From Diadema antillarum (taxonomy: Eukaryota), in the NCBI RefSeq assembly GCF_040938485.1, contig NW_027271580.1, positions 868,001 to 932,000 on the forward strand: 64,000 nt of DNA, written 5' to 3'. The position numbers and the translations under genes were made by a program. How positions within the stretch are numbered: the first letter of the stretch is position 1; the number at the start of each line of letters is the position of its first letter. Under the pieces are notes generated by a model. It ran no database searches. It was not told the DNA's origin and saw only the letters and a list, made by a program, of their open reading frames with translations. Shown here one piece after another: positions 35,326 through 48,466 of the stretch.

Positions 35326-38300
35326 GTAAGTGGAGTTCACTGTTCGATGAGTTTACGCGACATGCTCGCGGTTGACGACAGGAAAACAACATGGTAGTGC
35401 CGAGTGGACCCCTACACTATCACATTACCTGTTAATGTTGTGTTAGGTATATGTTTTGTTGTTGTTGTTTTTTGTCAGTATAGCTCTAAAATGCTGGTTA
35501 TCATATCTATCGCCGTTATCTATGAAGAATTTGAGCATGCGCATGCCATGATGTTTTCCAAGACCATCTTTAAAGCCATTGATAAAGAGGTGACAACGAA
35601 TTGAAGGAAAGAGGTAGACATGCAATATACGGTAAATCCTCAACTTAACAGGACCAAAGCAGACGCAAAGTCTAGTACTTCTTTTGATCATCACTAAACA
35701 ATTAACCAAGAATGATATGGTTTTTAATACCAATAATTATAGAGACTTTTTAAAATTGGCACATTGATGATCTTCTGAAGATAGAATAATAGTGAAGCTC
35801 CTACAGTAGATTGTTGACTAAACATAATTTAGATATTTTCAGAAGGTTTGCAGCCAGTAGAGGAGTTGTATCTAAAGCAGTGGCATAGTCATAATTATTA
35901 TCTCATTTACATATTGTGACTAATATCACCTTCATTGTGCAGACAGGAGGAACTAAAATTTCACTTTTAAAAAAAATTATGTGTTTAGAAATAAGGTTCC
36001 AATTCACATCTCTCCTTGTAATTACAGACAAAGTCAATCATGGGGTAGAATTTCTCCTCCAGTTGAGGAAAAATCTGCTTTATTCTTCTTTGATGAGCAT
36101 GTATATAGGCCTATATTTTCTTTAAATCCTCACAAGTCTAGAGCTGAACTGTAGTTTTGTTCTCTTGTTATCAGTTCCTGTGATAGGCCTGTATGATTGA
36201 TCTGCAGCAATGTCACCGCTTTTATGCAAGCAGGTCTTTTTTTAAAGATCTGATTTTAAGTTTAATCTTCTTTTTTAATCAGTATGTTGGTACTTCCTCA
36301 AACAGATCATGACAGCATGAAGTATATATCCATATAAAACAAACATCTAAACGTTGGTGGAGTACAGTTAATTCTGAGTATACAGACGGAACCTGAACAG
36401 AAACAGAAACAGTAGTTTTACAATGTATGAGGGGAAAGAGATATCTACACTGTCATGAGAAGGGCTGCCCAATCACTTCACAAATGAACAATGATCAATA
36501 TCTGTGCAAATATTTGAGATGAATAATAATGAGGTAAAGATTCCAAGTCACATTCGAAATTGATATTGGAGTTGAAAATCAGTGAAGTATAGGAAGGTGT
36601 ATGTAGGCCCCTAATGTAATTTTGATGGACTCTAAAAGAGATCTACACATACTGCTATACAGTATCATAGTAACAGCATTGCTGTTGTTGTTTTTTTTTC
36701 TGACATCTATTCAAAGCTGTACTTTCGTTTTAGGGGTGTGCGTCCTTGCTGCAATGACATAGAGTTAAATGATAAGTGGTTATAACAAGTACCAGACCAG
36801 CTAAATAACATGCAAGCCTCGCAGGTAAACTACTGTATGCAAGTTTTTCATGAAAGTAGGATATACTGGACAAGACAGAATTGGTTTACCTACATTCACA
36901 CTGATGTCTGTGCTGTAGAAAAAGATGATTTTTTTTTAAGACAGAAAAGTTTTGCAGATGATGTATTCTCAATGGGGAGAATTATATCATTGTACTCTGT
37001 TAAAAGGAGCAAAGTTAATACTTCATGTATATTCAGTGTTTTAGGAAGCAGAGGAAAGTTAACTCAACATAAAGTCCATGAAGTTGATGACCAGTGTGTG
37101 ATATATATATTTTACGGTAGAATTTCCTTTCCCTTGGTAGTGAGGCTGGCATTACAAACAAGCACACATCACAACAAGCTCAGTTTGCAAACTTAGTTAT
37201 GCAGAGTCACAAATTCCACTGAGCTATGCCCTCTGGCTGACATGACAGGTCAAATTGTACCCTTCAAGTCAACCTAAACCTCCCAGAACATTCCTCGTTC
37301 TCAGCCAACCTATGAATTTTATACTAGGAAAAAAAAAAATTCTTCACCTCACCCATCACCCATCATACATATATTCAAACTGGGGTAATCTCAGATTCTA
37401 CATGTACGAGGTAGGTGATTAAAATTTTGGTATGAAAACAAGAAGGATGCTCATATCTTCCTACGTTAACCCTCTCTGTCTCACTAGAAACTGTGATGGA
37501 ATTGTAGACTCACAGTGAACAGGAGTTCACTCATTATGAATGGAAAAATTCATGAACATTAAAATCTTTGGTATTAAAGGCACAATCTGAATGTGCTATT
37601 CAATAAAAAAAAGACCATTTTCAGTTCAATTGTCAATCTGATCAATGACATTTCAGAAAACAGTCATGGAATATTTTTGTATTGCTTTTTAATGTAAACT
37701 TTATGCTGGCTGAAACTAAAACTGATCTTGTGCTGCATATGTCTCATATGTCAGTGGTAATTTATGTCTATTAATTTTGTTGCATTACATCAGCCATAGG
37801 CAGATACTGAAGCCTGTTGGGATGTAGGCCTACATACTTGGTATTGATTTACTAACTTTCAAATCCCCAACTCTTTTATTCAATGCCTGATTTTGATGAA
37901 CCTTCTTCAATCAAATTCGAGACAACATGAATAGTTATTTTGGAGTGTGAGTTTTGCTTCATAGATGAAAGCAATTCTTCAGACTCCAAAGCTTTGAAGA
38001 GTTCAACTGGAAAGCCGAATGTTTGACTCTATGCTTCTTTTTTTAACCTTCCTTAGATGATTTCTTCATTTACCCCGACAAGAGTTGACAGAGTAGCCTA
38101 TTGCAAACATTATCAGACATTACTTTCTCAAATTGTGCATATATTTATCTTTATTTCATTGCGCCTAAAATTATCCCTCGAGTAATCCAGCCATTGTGAC
38201 AAACCAGACCCTAGCCAGTAGGGGCCTGAGGGATGAGTGATGATGGTACACTTATTGAACCGCCCTTAATGTGTCCACCATTATACCTTTTATCAGAAGG

Positions 38301-40084
38301 CAGAAAACTGGAGAGACATAGTAATCCTGGGGAGTTAAGCAAACATCGTGATCTCGGGGCTCCTAAAAGACTCTATCTGCCAATCTTGTAATGGACCATT
38401 GTTTATACTGCGGCTTGGATAATGGAGGGCGAAACCGCCTCCCGATTCCTGAGGAAGGATGGGCAGAAGACGACAGTCACTGACTTCTTTCTGCCTCACT
38501 GATTCACATGCGCTTTTAAAACTCACCTGGATTTGACCGATATGAACTGGGTGGGTGTCTGAATGCAAGGCACTTTTATCGGGGAAGGTACAGAGGAATT
38601 TGAGTAAAAAAAGTAAGGATTTTATAAGAGCAATCAGATCACTTCTCTGCTTGACATTAGGTCATGAATGCAGTCACCCCTGTTTTTCGAGCCTTCTCAA
38701 ATCTCCGCAAATTGGCACCTGCCTGGCCTTTGGTATCAAAATAGCAGGCTATGTGTCAAGCTTTGCATCAATCCAACCCCTCAAATTGGCTGTCAGAATG
38801 ATTTTTTTTTTTTAAACAAACTACTAGTTTGTGAAGAATATTGTGATATAAGACAATGTTAAGACATGTTAAGCATTCAAAGAAGAGGAAAGAAAATTCA
38901 CCAGCCATTGTCATAACTTCCGTCCATTTGAGAGTAAGGCAGTTTGTTCAGCAGAATGGCAGCATGCTTTATGGGTGCTCTTTTTGTGAACTTAAATATT
39001 CAGAGTCTTTTAAAGGATTATTTGTATGCAAATGCCGAGATATAGTGTCAATAAAAAAAAAGGTATTTAGTAGGAAAAAAATTGATTCATAAGCCTTTGA
39101 ATAGGCTCTCAGGGGAAAATTTATCCATCAATCATATCCACCCTAGAAAGACTAGTAAGACCCTAGTAAGACCTAGTCTTGTTGGTGAAGATTGTTGTAA
39201 ACATATGCATAATTAGGGGTATATATGCACTGCTGTATCACTTTCAGTGCATTGTATATGATAGCATGTGTGTATGTGAGAATGGCAAGGAAAAAGGTAT
39301 GCAGAATAGATAAGGACGATAAAATAAAAAAAACTAGAAAAGCACTTGGAGAGCACAGACCTCCGGGAAGCAGCTCATTTTCATCCATGGGTATATACAC
39401 GCATGCTGAAAATTGCCAAATTTCCCAAATTAGTGATAAACCAAAAAGCCCTGTGTTTACCTTATCAGCTTCCTGCTGCATGTGGTGCCTCGAGCAGAGT
39501 GCGCACTTTAGTGCGCGTAGGTAATTCTTAAATACATGCAGCCTGAACTCCCACGTTCATTGACCCTATTTGCCAAAAGATACAAAATCCACTACTTTCA
39601 CACATGTTAGCTGATGTGTTGATTACTCTATGAAATGATCAGAAAACACAATACTTTGATATTCATTCTCTTTTTTTCTGATGATTTACTGTACTGTATA
39701 TCCATCAGGACTTTTATTATGTTTGTTTGGTTTTTGTGTATTTGTGTGTTATTGTGTTGACCCTCTTTCATGTCTGACTGGGAAAGTGCATTCATTTTGC
39801 ACATGCTGCAATTAGGCTAGACATGCAGGGCCTGTAATGATAAAATGCCACTAAGTGTACACCCTTCTATCATTTTGACCTTACTTCTATTGATTACACA
39901 TGACATCTTAAAACTGGGATGAAGTCTTGCATCTAAACAAAGGGTAATTCTTCCTCCCCGCCTCAAGTTTCCGTGAACCATGGATTTGAAATGATCTGTG
40001 ACGTGAACACATTTTTCACTTCGGTCTGGCAGTCACAAAGGGTAGATTGAAGCACTTGATATGTAAACATAATCCCGACACTGC

Positions 40085-40087
<3 letters not shown>

Positions 40088-40157
<70 letters not shown>

Positions 40158-40281
40158 TATATAACCGATGTAGTAGAAAAGTACAAATATATATATATTC
40201 ATATATAACCGATGTAGTAGAAAAGTACAAATATATATATATTCATATATAACCGATGTAGTAGAAAAGTACAAATATATA
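40088..40281. repeat. (TA)n followed by three copies of a 44-bp unit
   Basis: TTCATATATAACCGATGTAGTAGAAAAGTACAAATATATATATA starts at 40154, 40198 and 40242; the third copy is slightly truncated. Confidence 0.9.
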
Positions 40282-43200
40282 CTGTCATCCAAGTGTGGAG
40301 GCGGATATTGACATGTTACAGCAGTTTCCTGCTGTACCATTGGCTTTTCCTGTGGTTATGATTTCCTTGCATCTGGAGTAGGTCTTTATGATCTATATTT
40401 AGCTTGTATTTTTTTATATCCATTACACTTTCAGCATGTATTGTAATATTGGAAAGTGAAACATGATTCACTGATTTAAATTTTTACCTGGTGTAGGAGT
40501 TTTGTAAACACAATTCTATCATAGGGCCTATGCAAGATGGTGTAACATGAAGTGAAATAAATTGCCCACTGTAATATCATTGTAACCTGAAAAACTACAG
40601 AAATGGGATTTAGCCATAAGCTCTTAATATTGACTTTGAACAATTTGAAAATCTACTTTCAATAGATATCAAAATCTCCTTATCCCCATTTTAAAATCCT
40701 CAGAATAGTTTGAAATTCAAAACATTGGGATTCTATGAGACACATTACTTTGCTTTTAACTCCACCACTGTGTTACCATCAACATCCCTGTAATCTGTTG
40801 TGTAGAAAATAATCTAAAAGTAAAGTGCAACTTATGAGTCAATGTGTGATGCCATATATTTCTTTGAAGTCAACTGAGATGAAATTCTGCAAACTTTTTA
40901 ATCAGTACTAAGTATATCTAGAGCATGATCTAACTAGTGGTTTATCTTTAATTCTGCTCTCTCATAGTGTGTAAAGTGCCACTATGCTAGTAAAGTTTAA
41001 AGCCTAAATGAGATTCTCATTACACATTCTCATACAGCCCTTTCAGACTGACTTTTCTGTTTGGTCACCCATAAATTGTCACTGATGCATGGGGGGTTCT
41101 AGTTGTTCTAATGGAGATCATGTACATTTCTCCATTTTCCATTAATACTGAAAACTTTTGAATGTCTGATTAAAATTACAAGTGTATAAACATGACTCCC
41201 TCATCTCAACAAGCTTTGCACGGGTGTCCCTTCAATAGCACTGATTGTGTGATGAAGTACATGCCTTGCCACCACAAACTGTGGTAAAATTTGTGAATTT
41301 TATAGATTTCATGATAGGTTTACCAGTCTGCTGTTGAATTGTCATTTAACAATCAGGAGTTACCCAAAGGATCGGGAGGGTAAGAGCTACCATTTGAAGT
41401 GTTCAAGTTGCTATTTAGAATGGTGTTTCAAAGAGGGATATTTTCAGTGAGACTTGTCACACTGAAGCAATTTGGTTTGAAATGCCCAGTTTGAGAGGAG
41501 CAATAGTCTGGGCATGTCAGTGTAAGATGTCATGAAAAGGTACATTTTAGTGTTCTTTAAGCGATAATATATTTGAGTTCTCAGTTGCAACAATATTACC
41601 TGTGTCTCTGATAATACATTCTGAAAAAACTAAAAGACAAAAAACCCCAAAAGATCGATTTTAGGAATTAGAACAGATACCACTAGAACTCCAGCCTTTC
41701 AATACTGTGTGCCTGCTCTATGTATGCAATTGGGTTCTAATTCAGCACACCTGTAAACCTGGATCAACTGATGCAGGTCAGCAGGAAGAATTGGCAGGAA
41801 ATCGATACTTCCTATCCACGTTGCAGACTGTTTTCAAAATGGACAAACACTGTCTGTTATCAAGTTGACGGTTTCTTTTTCTCTTTGGTCTTGTGATAAG
41901 CGGAGCTTGGGGTGGATAACCTGAGTAGTACATTAGCATGCAATATCTTCAAGCAATTCCGGTACTAGCCGATGATGAATATTCATCATCCAACAATCTT
42001 CCCTGTGTTGTGCTTAGGAAGATGGAGTTGCATCATAGCATTTTTAGACAAAGTATTCAGATTATTCTACAGTTCTTATCTTGTTTTCAAGCATGAAAAA
42101 GGAAAGAAATCATTTCTAATATAGACATCCTGAATTTTAAGCAGTATACCACCTTTGGCTACTCGCATACAAAACATGTTACTTAGTGTTATAGTGTTGA
42201 GATCTTCTGTCCCCGAGCATGAACTTGATCATCAAATATTGTAATAAGGCAAAACAAAGCACTGCTGGCCTTATGGTTATTTATGACTTGGACTTTTCCA
42301 GAATATCGAAGAATGACTTTGTGAACTGGAGACTGAGGTCAAGGCAATACCTGTGGATGTATGGATAATGAAATACTATGTTCAACTAGATATTTTAGAG
42401 AATTATGGAAGAACTGCGTCATTGTTCTCCTTGGATGTATAATGATCATTGACAATCTGACCGATGGATTATTTTCTAGGTTTCCATTTAGTGTTTCAGA
42501 AATTTGTGATAGCTTTTTTTTTTCATGATGTGCTCTGTTTATATCACTATGTGCAAGGTGTACATTGTAAGAGACTGCTCAGTAAAGTTAGGGAAAAATG
42601 CAAATCTCGAAACTCTAGTGCAATTGTGTATAATCAGGGAATCATGAAACCAGGAAAAAAAATACACATAAAACCCCTAGAATTGAAAACTGTCAGAATA
42701 CTTTTTTTTAAACAGTGCCAATTGTTTTACACTACAGGTACAAGTAGTCAGTGCTTTTCTGTTAATGCTTTCAGATGATCAGATAGTAGTGTGTGGCAAT
42801 GATTGCTGTTGGAGAAAGAGTCGCGGACTACAGTGTATGAACCGCAGAGCCACCCGGGAAGTGGTAAGATCTGCCGCTTGGCCTTGTCTTGTTATTCCCC
42901 ACATCCACGTCCTCCAGGAAGAAGGCATCTATGGATTAGAAGATTTTGCAATCGATGGGAAGCTGCCTCCGAGGGGTTGTGCTCCGGTGGGCGGAACCAG
43001 AGAAAGATAAAAGAAGGCATCCAGGTAGGATTCCACAAACCCCGATCCCCGCATCCCTTGCCTTGGGACCTCAAACAGGAGCTCAGTCAGCTAATGGATC
43101 CGTCTTCATCCATCATCTAATGGAGGTCTTTTCATCAATCAATTACCAGCCCCACCCCCTCTCCCCCTCCCCTCTCTCCAAAAGAGTCTTAGTGAATCGA

Positions 43201-43944
43201 AACGAAGACGACCGTCAGAGTGACTCGCTCGACGAGGGGACTTAACCCATCTCAGCAGAGAGCAAGACACTCAACTTCTCATCAATAACTTCACTTTAAT
43301 CAGCTCGCATTGCATTTCATCCAATCACATTTCCTGGTCCCAGAATGTTGGGCCATGCGGGGATGTATGTATACAATGTATGTCGTGATTCTTGCAGGAG
43401 TGCAGAATCTGTCTCCACATTCTCAACAGGGATAAAGACAAAGTGATTCACCAAACTACCTGTACACCACAAAAACATGTAATGTTGAACTTTGTCAAAG
43501 TTTCCTGTACCTCCTGTGTATGAAAATATGAATACATGCTCTGTCTTTCATACTATGTATGCGACATAGCTTTGAATCAGCATTTAGGTAGATTGAATGA
43601 TACAGTACAGTAGTTTGCTTGTGCAGTGGCATTACACAATTTGGTGACATAGTATGTCAAGACACAGCTGCACCTGATACAGACAGAAACCCATCATATA
43701 TAGTAATACAGAGCAGTCCATTCATTACTTATGGAGACATTTCATTTTTTAATGGTTCCATAATAACAAATGTTTACTCTCTTTCTTTTTATTCATGTGG
43801 TATGTATGTTCTTTTAAACATATTGAAGATTGAGAAAAAATTAATTGAATTTGAAATTGAACTTGAATAAAAATGCTTTTCACTTTTTGATAGAGATTGG
43901 TACCGGTATGTGAACTGTAGATGTGTCTGCACAGTGTATTCTGT

Positions 43945-44155
43945 AAAACCAGAAACGTTCAAAGCGTGAAACTTCCACAAATTCAAGCTGATGGCCTTTT
44001 TTTGTAACATGAAATTTTTGTGAATTGCCACAGGCATTCAAAGCATTGTGTAAAAAAAAAACACTTTCATGTACAATTCACTTGTAAATCACAAATCCTG
44101 GCTCACAAAATTTGCAAAATTTCATGTTCATAAAAATTTCTGATTTGTAAAACCG
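43945..44155. mobile_element. Degenerate Tc1/mariner-type MITE; related fragment at ~22190-22285
   Basis: CTGTAAAACCAGAAA start; shares GCCTTTTTT..CATGAAA.TTTTG.GAATTGCC with the 22190 fragment. Confidence 0.4.
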
Positions 44156-44571
44156 TACATCATCCAAAGCTTTGATACTAGGTGAGATTGTGTAATGATT
44201 GTTCATGGTAGCACATCTACTGTATATTCAGCAGAGATGCCCCTTTTGAAGGATTCGAATGCAGTAATTTGATGAGGAGCCTGCAAACAATTTGTCGTAT
44301 TGAGTTCACAGAAGTAGGGATCTAGTCCCCAGTGAGATTAGAAGCAGAGAGATATTATTTTGCAGAAATAGCCAACCCTAAATCCTGCCCACAAGCTATT
44401 TTCTTCCTATGAACAGACTGGGGAAGTAGGGGAATACGAGACTCATTCCATATCTTGGAGAGATTACGAGTTAGATTTGAAACACATGTACACATAATGC
44501 TTATATCTAGATATCATATTCGTAGAAGTTATTTGTTGTCTGTATGCTTCATATGCTTCCTTACCATTTAA

Positions 44572-45032
44572 AGGGTGTGTACAGTTCTGATCGAGGTGAA
44601 GATTTAGCTTTTAAACCCGTTCTATACAGGAACCTGGTAGCCTTTGTATTAAGTCTGTGGGGATTTCAGAATTCAGTACAGAATGGGTGAATGTTTTGCA
44701 AGATATTCAGAAACCACTCTATGAGATGTCCAAGAGCATGCAATTCTAAGGGGAATAAAAAATTTAGTTGATAAAAATTGGTTTTGAAATGGCTGAGATA
44801 TCCAAAAACTAGATGAAACAAAGAGATCCTAATAAAAGGCGTGGCCTGTCGCCCTTTATTATTTTCACTTTTTTGGATATCTCAGCCATTTGAAAACCAA
44901 TTTTCATCAAATAAATGTTGAATCCTTCTTAGAATTACATGCTCTTTCATATTTCATAAGACATTTCTCATTATCTCACTTAGGAATGTTCAGAACATGA
45001 ATCCCCACCTCAACCATCACTGCGCAGTCCCT
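44572..45032 (-). mobile_element. Foldback TTAA MITE, copy 3, carrying a nested insertion
   Basis: TTAA|AGGGTGTGTACAG ... CAGTCCCT|TTAA; extra sequence at 44616-44687 is absent from the other copies. Confidence 0.85.
44616..44687. mobile_element. 72-bp piggyBac-like mini-element nested in MITE copy 3
   Basis: CCCGTTCTATAC / rc CCCATTCTGTAC (10/12); flanks TAAA / TGAA at the host's TTAA site. Confidence 0.6.
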
Positions 45033-47140
45033 TTAAGAAGTCTTAAATCATAATGTATCATGCTTGCAAAATAGATAGTGAATACAGTTTGGTATGATGT
45101 TGACCACCCCTCTGACTATCACTGTTCTTTATCTCTGTTATGTTAAATGTTTTACACTCTGTATTTGAAGATCTTGTGCTGTGAGTTTTTGATGTCCGTC
45201 ATTGTCTGACTTTCCTGTTTTGGGATGCCTTCTTGTTTTTTCCATTTCGTCCGTAGTGAACTTTTGTTCATTCGTAGACTCTTGACACGTGAGACTTTGT
45301 GATGAGATTGATGACCAAGACAATCAACTGCGCTTGCAATGCCTGACGATTTTGAACAGATTACATTGCACCTTCACATTACAACGAATAGCGATCAATT
45401 TTCTTGAATATCTCCTCCAGTAGTGCCTAATTTCGTGCTCCTCCGTACTGGGCCTTATAAAAAATGATTTGACCTTGAGGACATATGTCGTTGTAGTAAC
45501 AGATATCTGTCCAATGTCATGCCAATTGAATAAAACGCTCAACGAGGCTAGTTCAACCACATGAATGTCAGTCTGTATGTCATTTGGCGTAGCATGCGGG
45601 AAACATCTCGAAATAAATCCCTAAGTGGATGACGTTACGTTGATGTCATAGGTGGGTAAGATTTGGCTGTAATTGTTTTCTTACGTCAGATCTGTACCGT
45701 TTGCCATTCCCAGACGCATCTTTTTCCCAGTCGTTTCTGACTCACACCATCCGATCTCATTCTCCGTACGCTCTCCCCTTCTTCTCTCCGTTTCCAGGAC
45801 CTTCTCACAGTCCATATCTCTCACAACCCTTCCCAATGGAATCGCCAGACGTATCTGAGGCTGTATTTACCCTGCGTACACCCACAATAAAGCATTTACG
45901 AGCCTATCCCAATTTATGGCGGGTCCAATACTCTCATGGTGTAAATCTAATCAGCACTCTATCTCACTTGCCATCCGAATATCGGACATCTTGGCTCTGA
46001 ACATACCCACGTCCACTATTTACTCTTGGTAGTCTTGAGCTCTGAACCTCTATATTCCTGCTGCCATACCTTTTGTGAGGAGTGATCAGTCAGAAACAAG
46101 AGAGTTGGAACATGATGTGGAAAAAATAAGATTTTTGGTGGAAAAAAAAAAGATTTTTGATGATGAAGAAATGTCCTTTTTTTTAAAGCAGTTTAATGGA
46201 TAATCTCAGGAGCACTAGAATAGTTATCTCTTCCATAGAGTCTACGCTTTTTACAGACTTCTTTGAGTGCCAACAATTATTCAGGTTTCATTTCATAGGC
46301 AGGCTGTGTTTGATAACAATTTGTTTGCTTGTTTGTTTTATTTTTTTTTACAAATTTTATCAATCTAATGTATGTCTCCTCTAGGTGAAAACATTTTCTC
46401 AACTCAAACTCAGATGACACATTACAATATGAGTTATCTTTAACAATTACAGCACTTTTTGTTGTTTCGTGAGTGTGGATGTTGTATTAAGTAGATTTAT
46501 CGGGATATTTCATCGGGAATAATGAGCCACATCCATACATCATGTGACATTGCATCCAGTACTAGATGCTTATCGTGCACAAGATATAAAACACCATTAA
46601 ATCTTTGATACACAAATTGCTTTGGTGTCTGCAACATTCAATCATGTACCCTGATCCAGGCATACTTTAAAACCTTTCAAGTCATTCTCCAGTCTTTCTA
46701 AAATAAAATCCTTTTAAACAGACTGAAGATTTACATTTTTCCTTGTTTTTTTTCCATAAAGCATCTGTTTTACACTTTGCCATATGAAAAGATTTCTTTT
46801 TTTCCATGTGCTTTTATTCTTTTGGGGAAATGAAAAAAAGAAGTAAGTAATGTTTGCCTAAATTTATTCAACGTACAGATTGTGCTGCTGCAAAAAAGTG
46901 TCTTCCTATAAACATGCAAATGACACCTTCTGCATACGAGAACAATTCGTGACCACAATCGTCCGCCATTATTCATGAAGGCAGCCATGTTCATGAATGC
47001 GAAATGGGCCATAACACTCTGTCTGCCTAAATTGGCTAATATCGAGCATTTGTCATTCTTGCCACTGCGTTGGTGCTGACAAAGCTGAAACAACATGATA
47101 ATGTGCAGTAACCCGATTACCCAATCTTGGAGCCAATTTA

Positions 47141-48466
47141 CCGTAAAGTTCCGTGTATAAGACGCACCCGTGTATAAGACGCACCCCTACTTTTGGACCT
47201 AAAATTAAAAAAAAAAAAAACCACACGAAAATTTCCACGCAAATATTGCGTGTGTCATACATATTATTTCAGCTCAAAATTTCCCTAGAATGCAGCATGT
47301 ATTTGCTCTATTTTTCGTTTCCTTTTATGCTTTCTTTTAACGGTATTCATCGGACATCGGCAAAATATGGAAGACGCAAAATGCGAGACTTGTCTCGGTA
47401 CTCACTTGCTATTGTTTTGCCTTTCAATCTTGGTACATGTATCATATCGTACTCATGAGTGTACAGTACGATCTTTGCTATCATACAAACTGTACATAGC
47501 AGAGGGTGTCTCGCATATTGACCCATGTCAGACTGAAAGGTTCGTTACGAAAAATAAGAAAAACATCAACAAGTGTAGCAGAGGGATCGTACGGCGAGAC
47601 GTACGGTGCGTACGGTAATTATTCTCACTGTTGTTTCGCCCGGAGGGATTTCCAGTAACATGTGTGTCTCTTGTACCATGATTGTATGCACAGTGCTAGC
47701 CTTTTGCAAAAGGCAGCTCCCTATAATTTCAGCTCACGCACACAGAGAGCAATGGACTTGCACACACAGCGCGCAACGGGCAAGCGCGCTCCGATCCGAT
47801 CGCTGTGTGCACGACGCGAGTTCATTGCAAGAGCCTCTCTGCAGCTGCTGCCTTTGCACAAGGCTTGCTAGCTAGCTAGCTAGCTACAGTGTAGCTATGC
47901 TATCCTACCTGGCCTCGTGAAGAGCATGCAAACGAACGCCATGGGTATGCATGCATGCTTCACACATCGTTTATATTACGGTGACAATAGTGTCGATTCT
48001 ACTCCGTATTTTACAACTTTTGTCTATGGCCATATTGATACTAGTACATTGATAAGTTTTACGGTATCGGTAATTTAGTAATGATACCTGTACATCGTGT
48101 ATTTCAGCTACTAGGTTGGCTGTTGGTAGCTTGGTAGACTGATACATCGGTAGCAGTGCTGTTACAGCTGTTGTCTATGGCCAGATTGATACATCGTTAC
48201 TGCACAAGGCCGATGTAAGTTTATCCCGTATTTGCAGCTTTTGTGTGTGTCCAGATTGAAAGATCGCTCATTTATCTGTAAGATTTAGTGATTGCTTACC
48301 TTCCAAACGTCGATGGGCATACATGGCCCCAAGGTGACCTTATAAAATTGGGTGTACATGACAGATTTTTTTCCGTGATTCGACTGTACCCGTGTATACG
48401 ACGCACCCCCGATTTTCAATGTTTTCCGACGAAAAAATAGTGCGTCTTATACACGGAACTTTACGG
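47141..48466. mobile_element. 1326-bp non-autonomous Tc1/mariner (pogo/Tc2-like) element
   Basis: Perfect 27-bp TIR CCGTAAAGTTCCGTGTATAAGACGCAC; TA TSD; no transposase ORF. Confidence 0.9.

Noticed and set aside
38335-38620. Minus-strand acceptor plus short terminal ORF
   Set aside because: No upstream exon partner and no recognisable product.
43627-43799. Open exon-like frame GITQFGDIVCQD... with splice-like ends
   Set aside because: Phase 2 entry does not fit spondin exon 1, and there is no similarity to the reeler domain.
45324-46000. GC-richer segment with ORFs on both strands
   Set aside because: No recognisable domain; a faint THAP-like KSFF.RP...W pattern is too weak.
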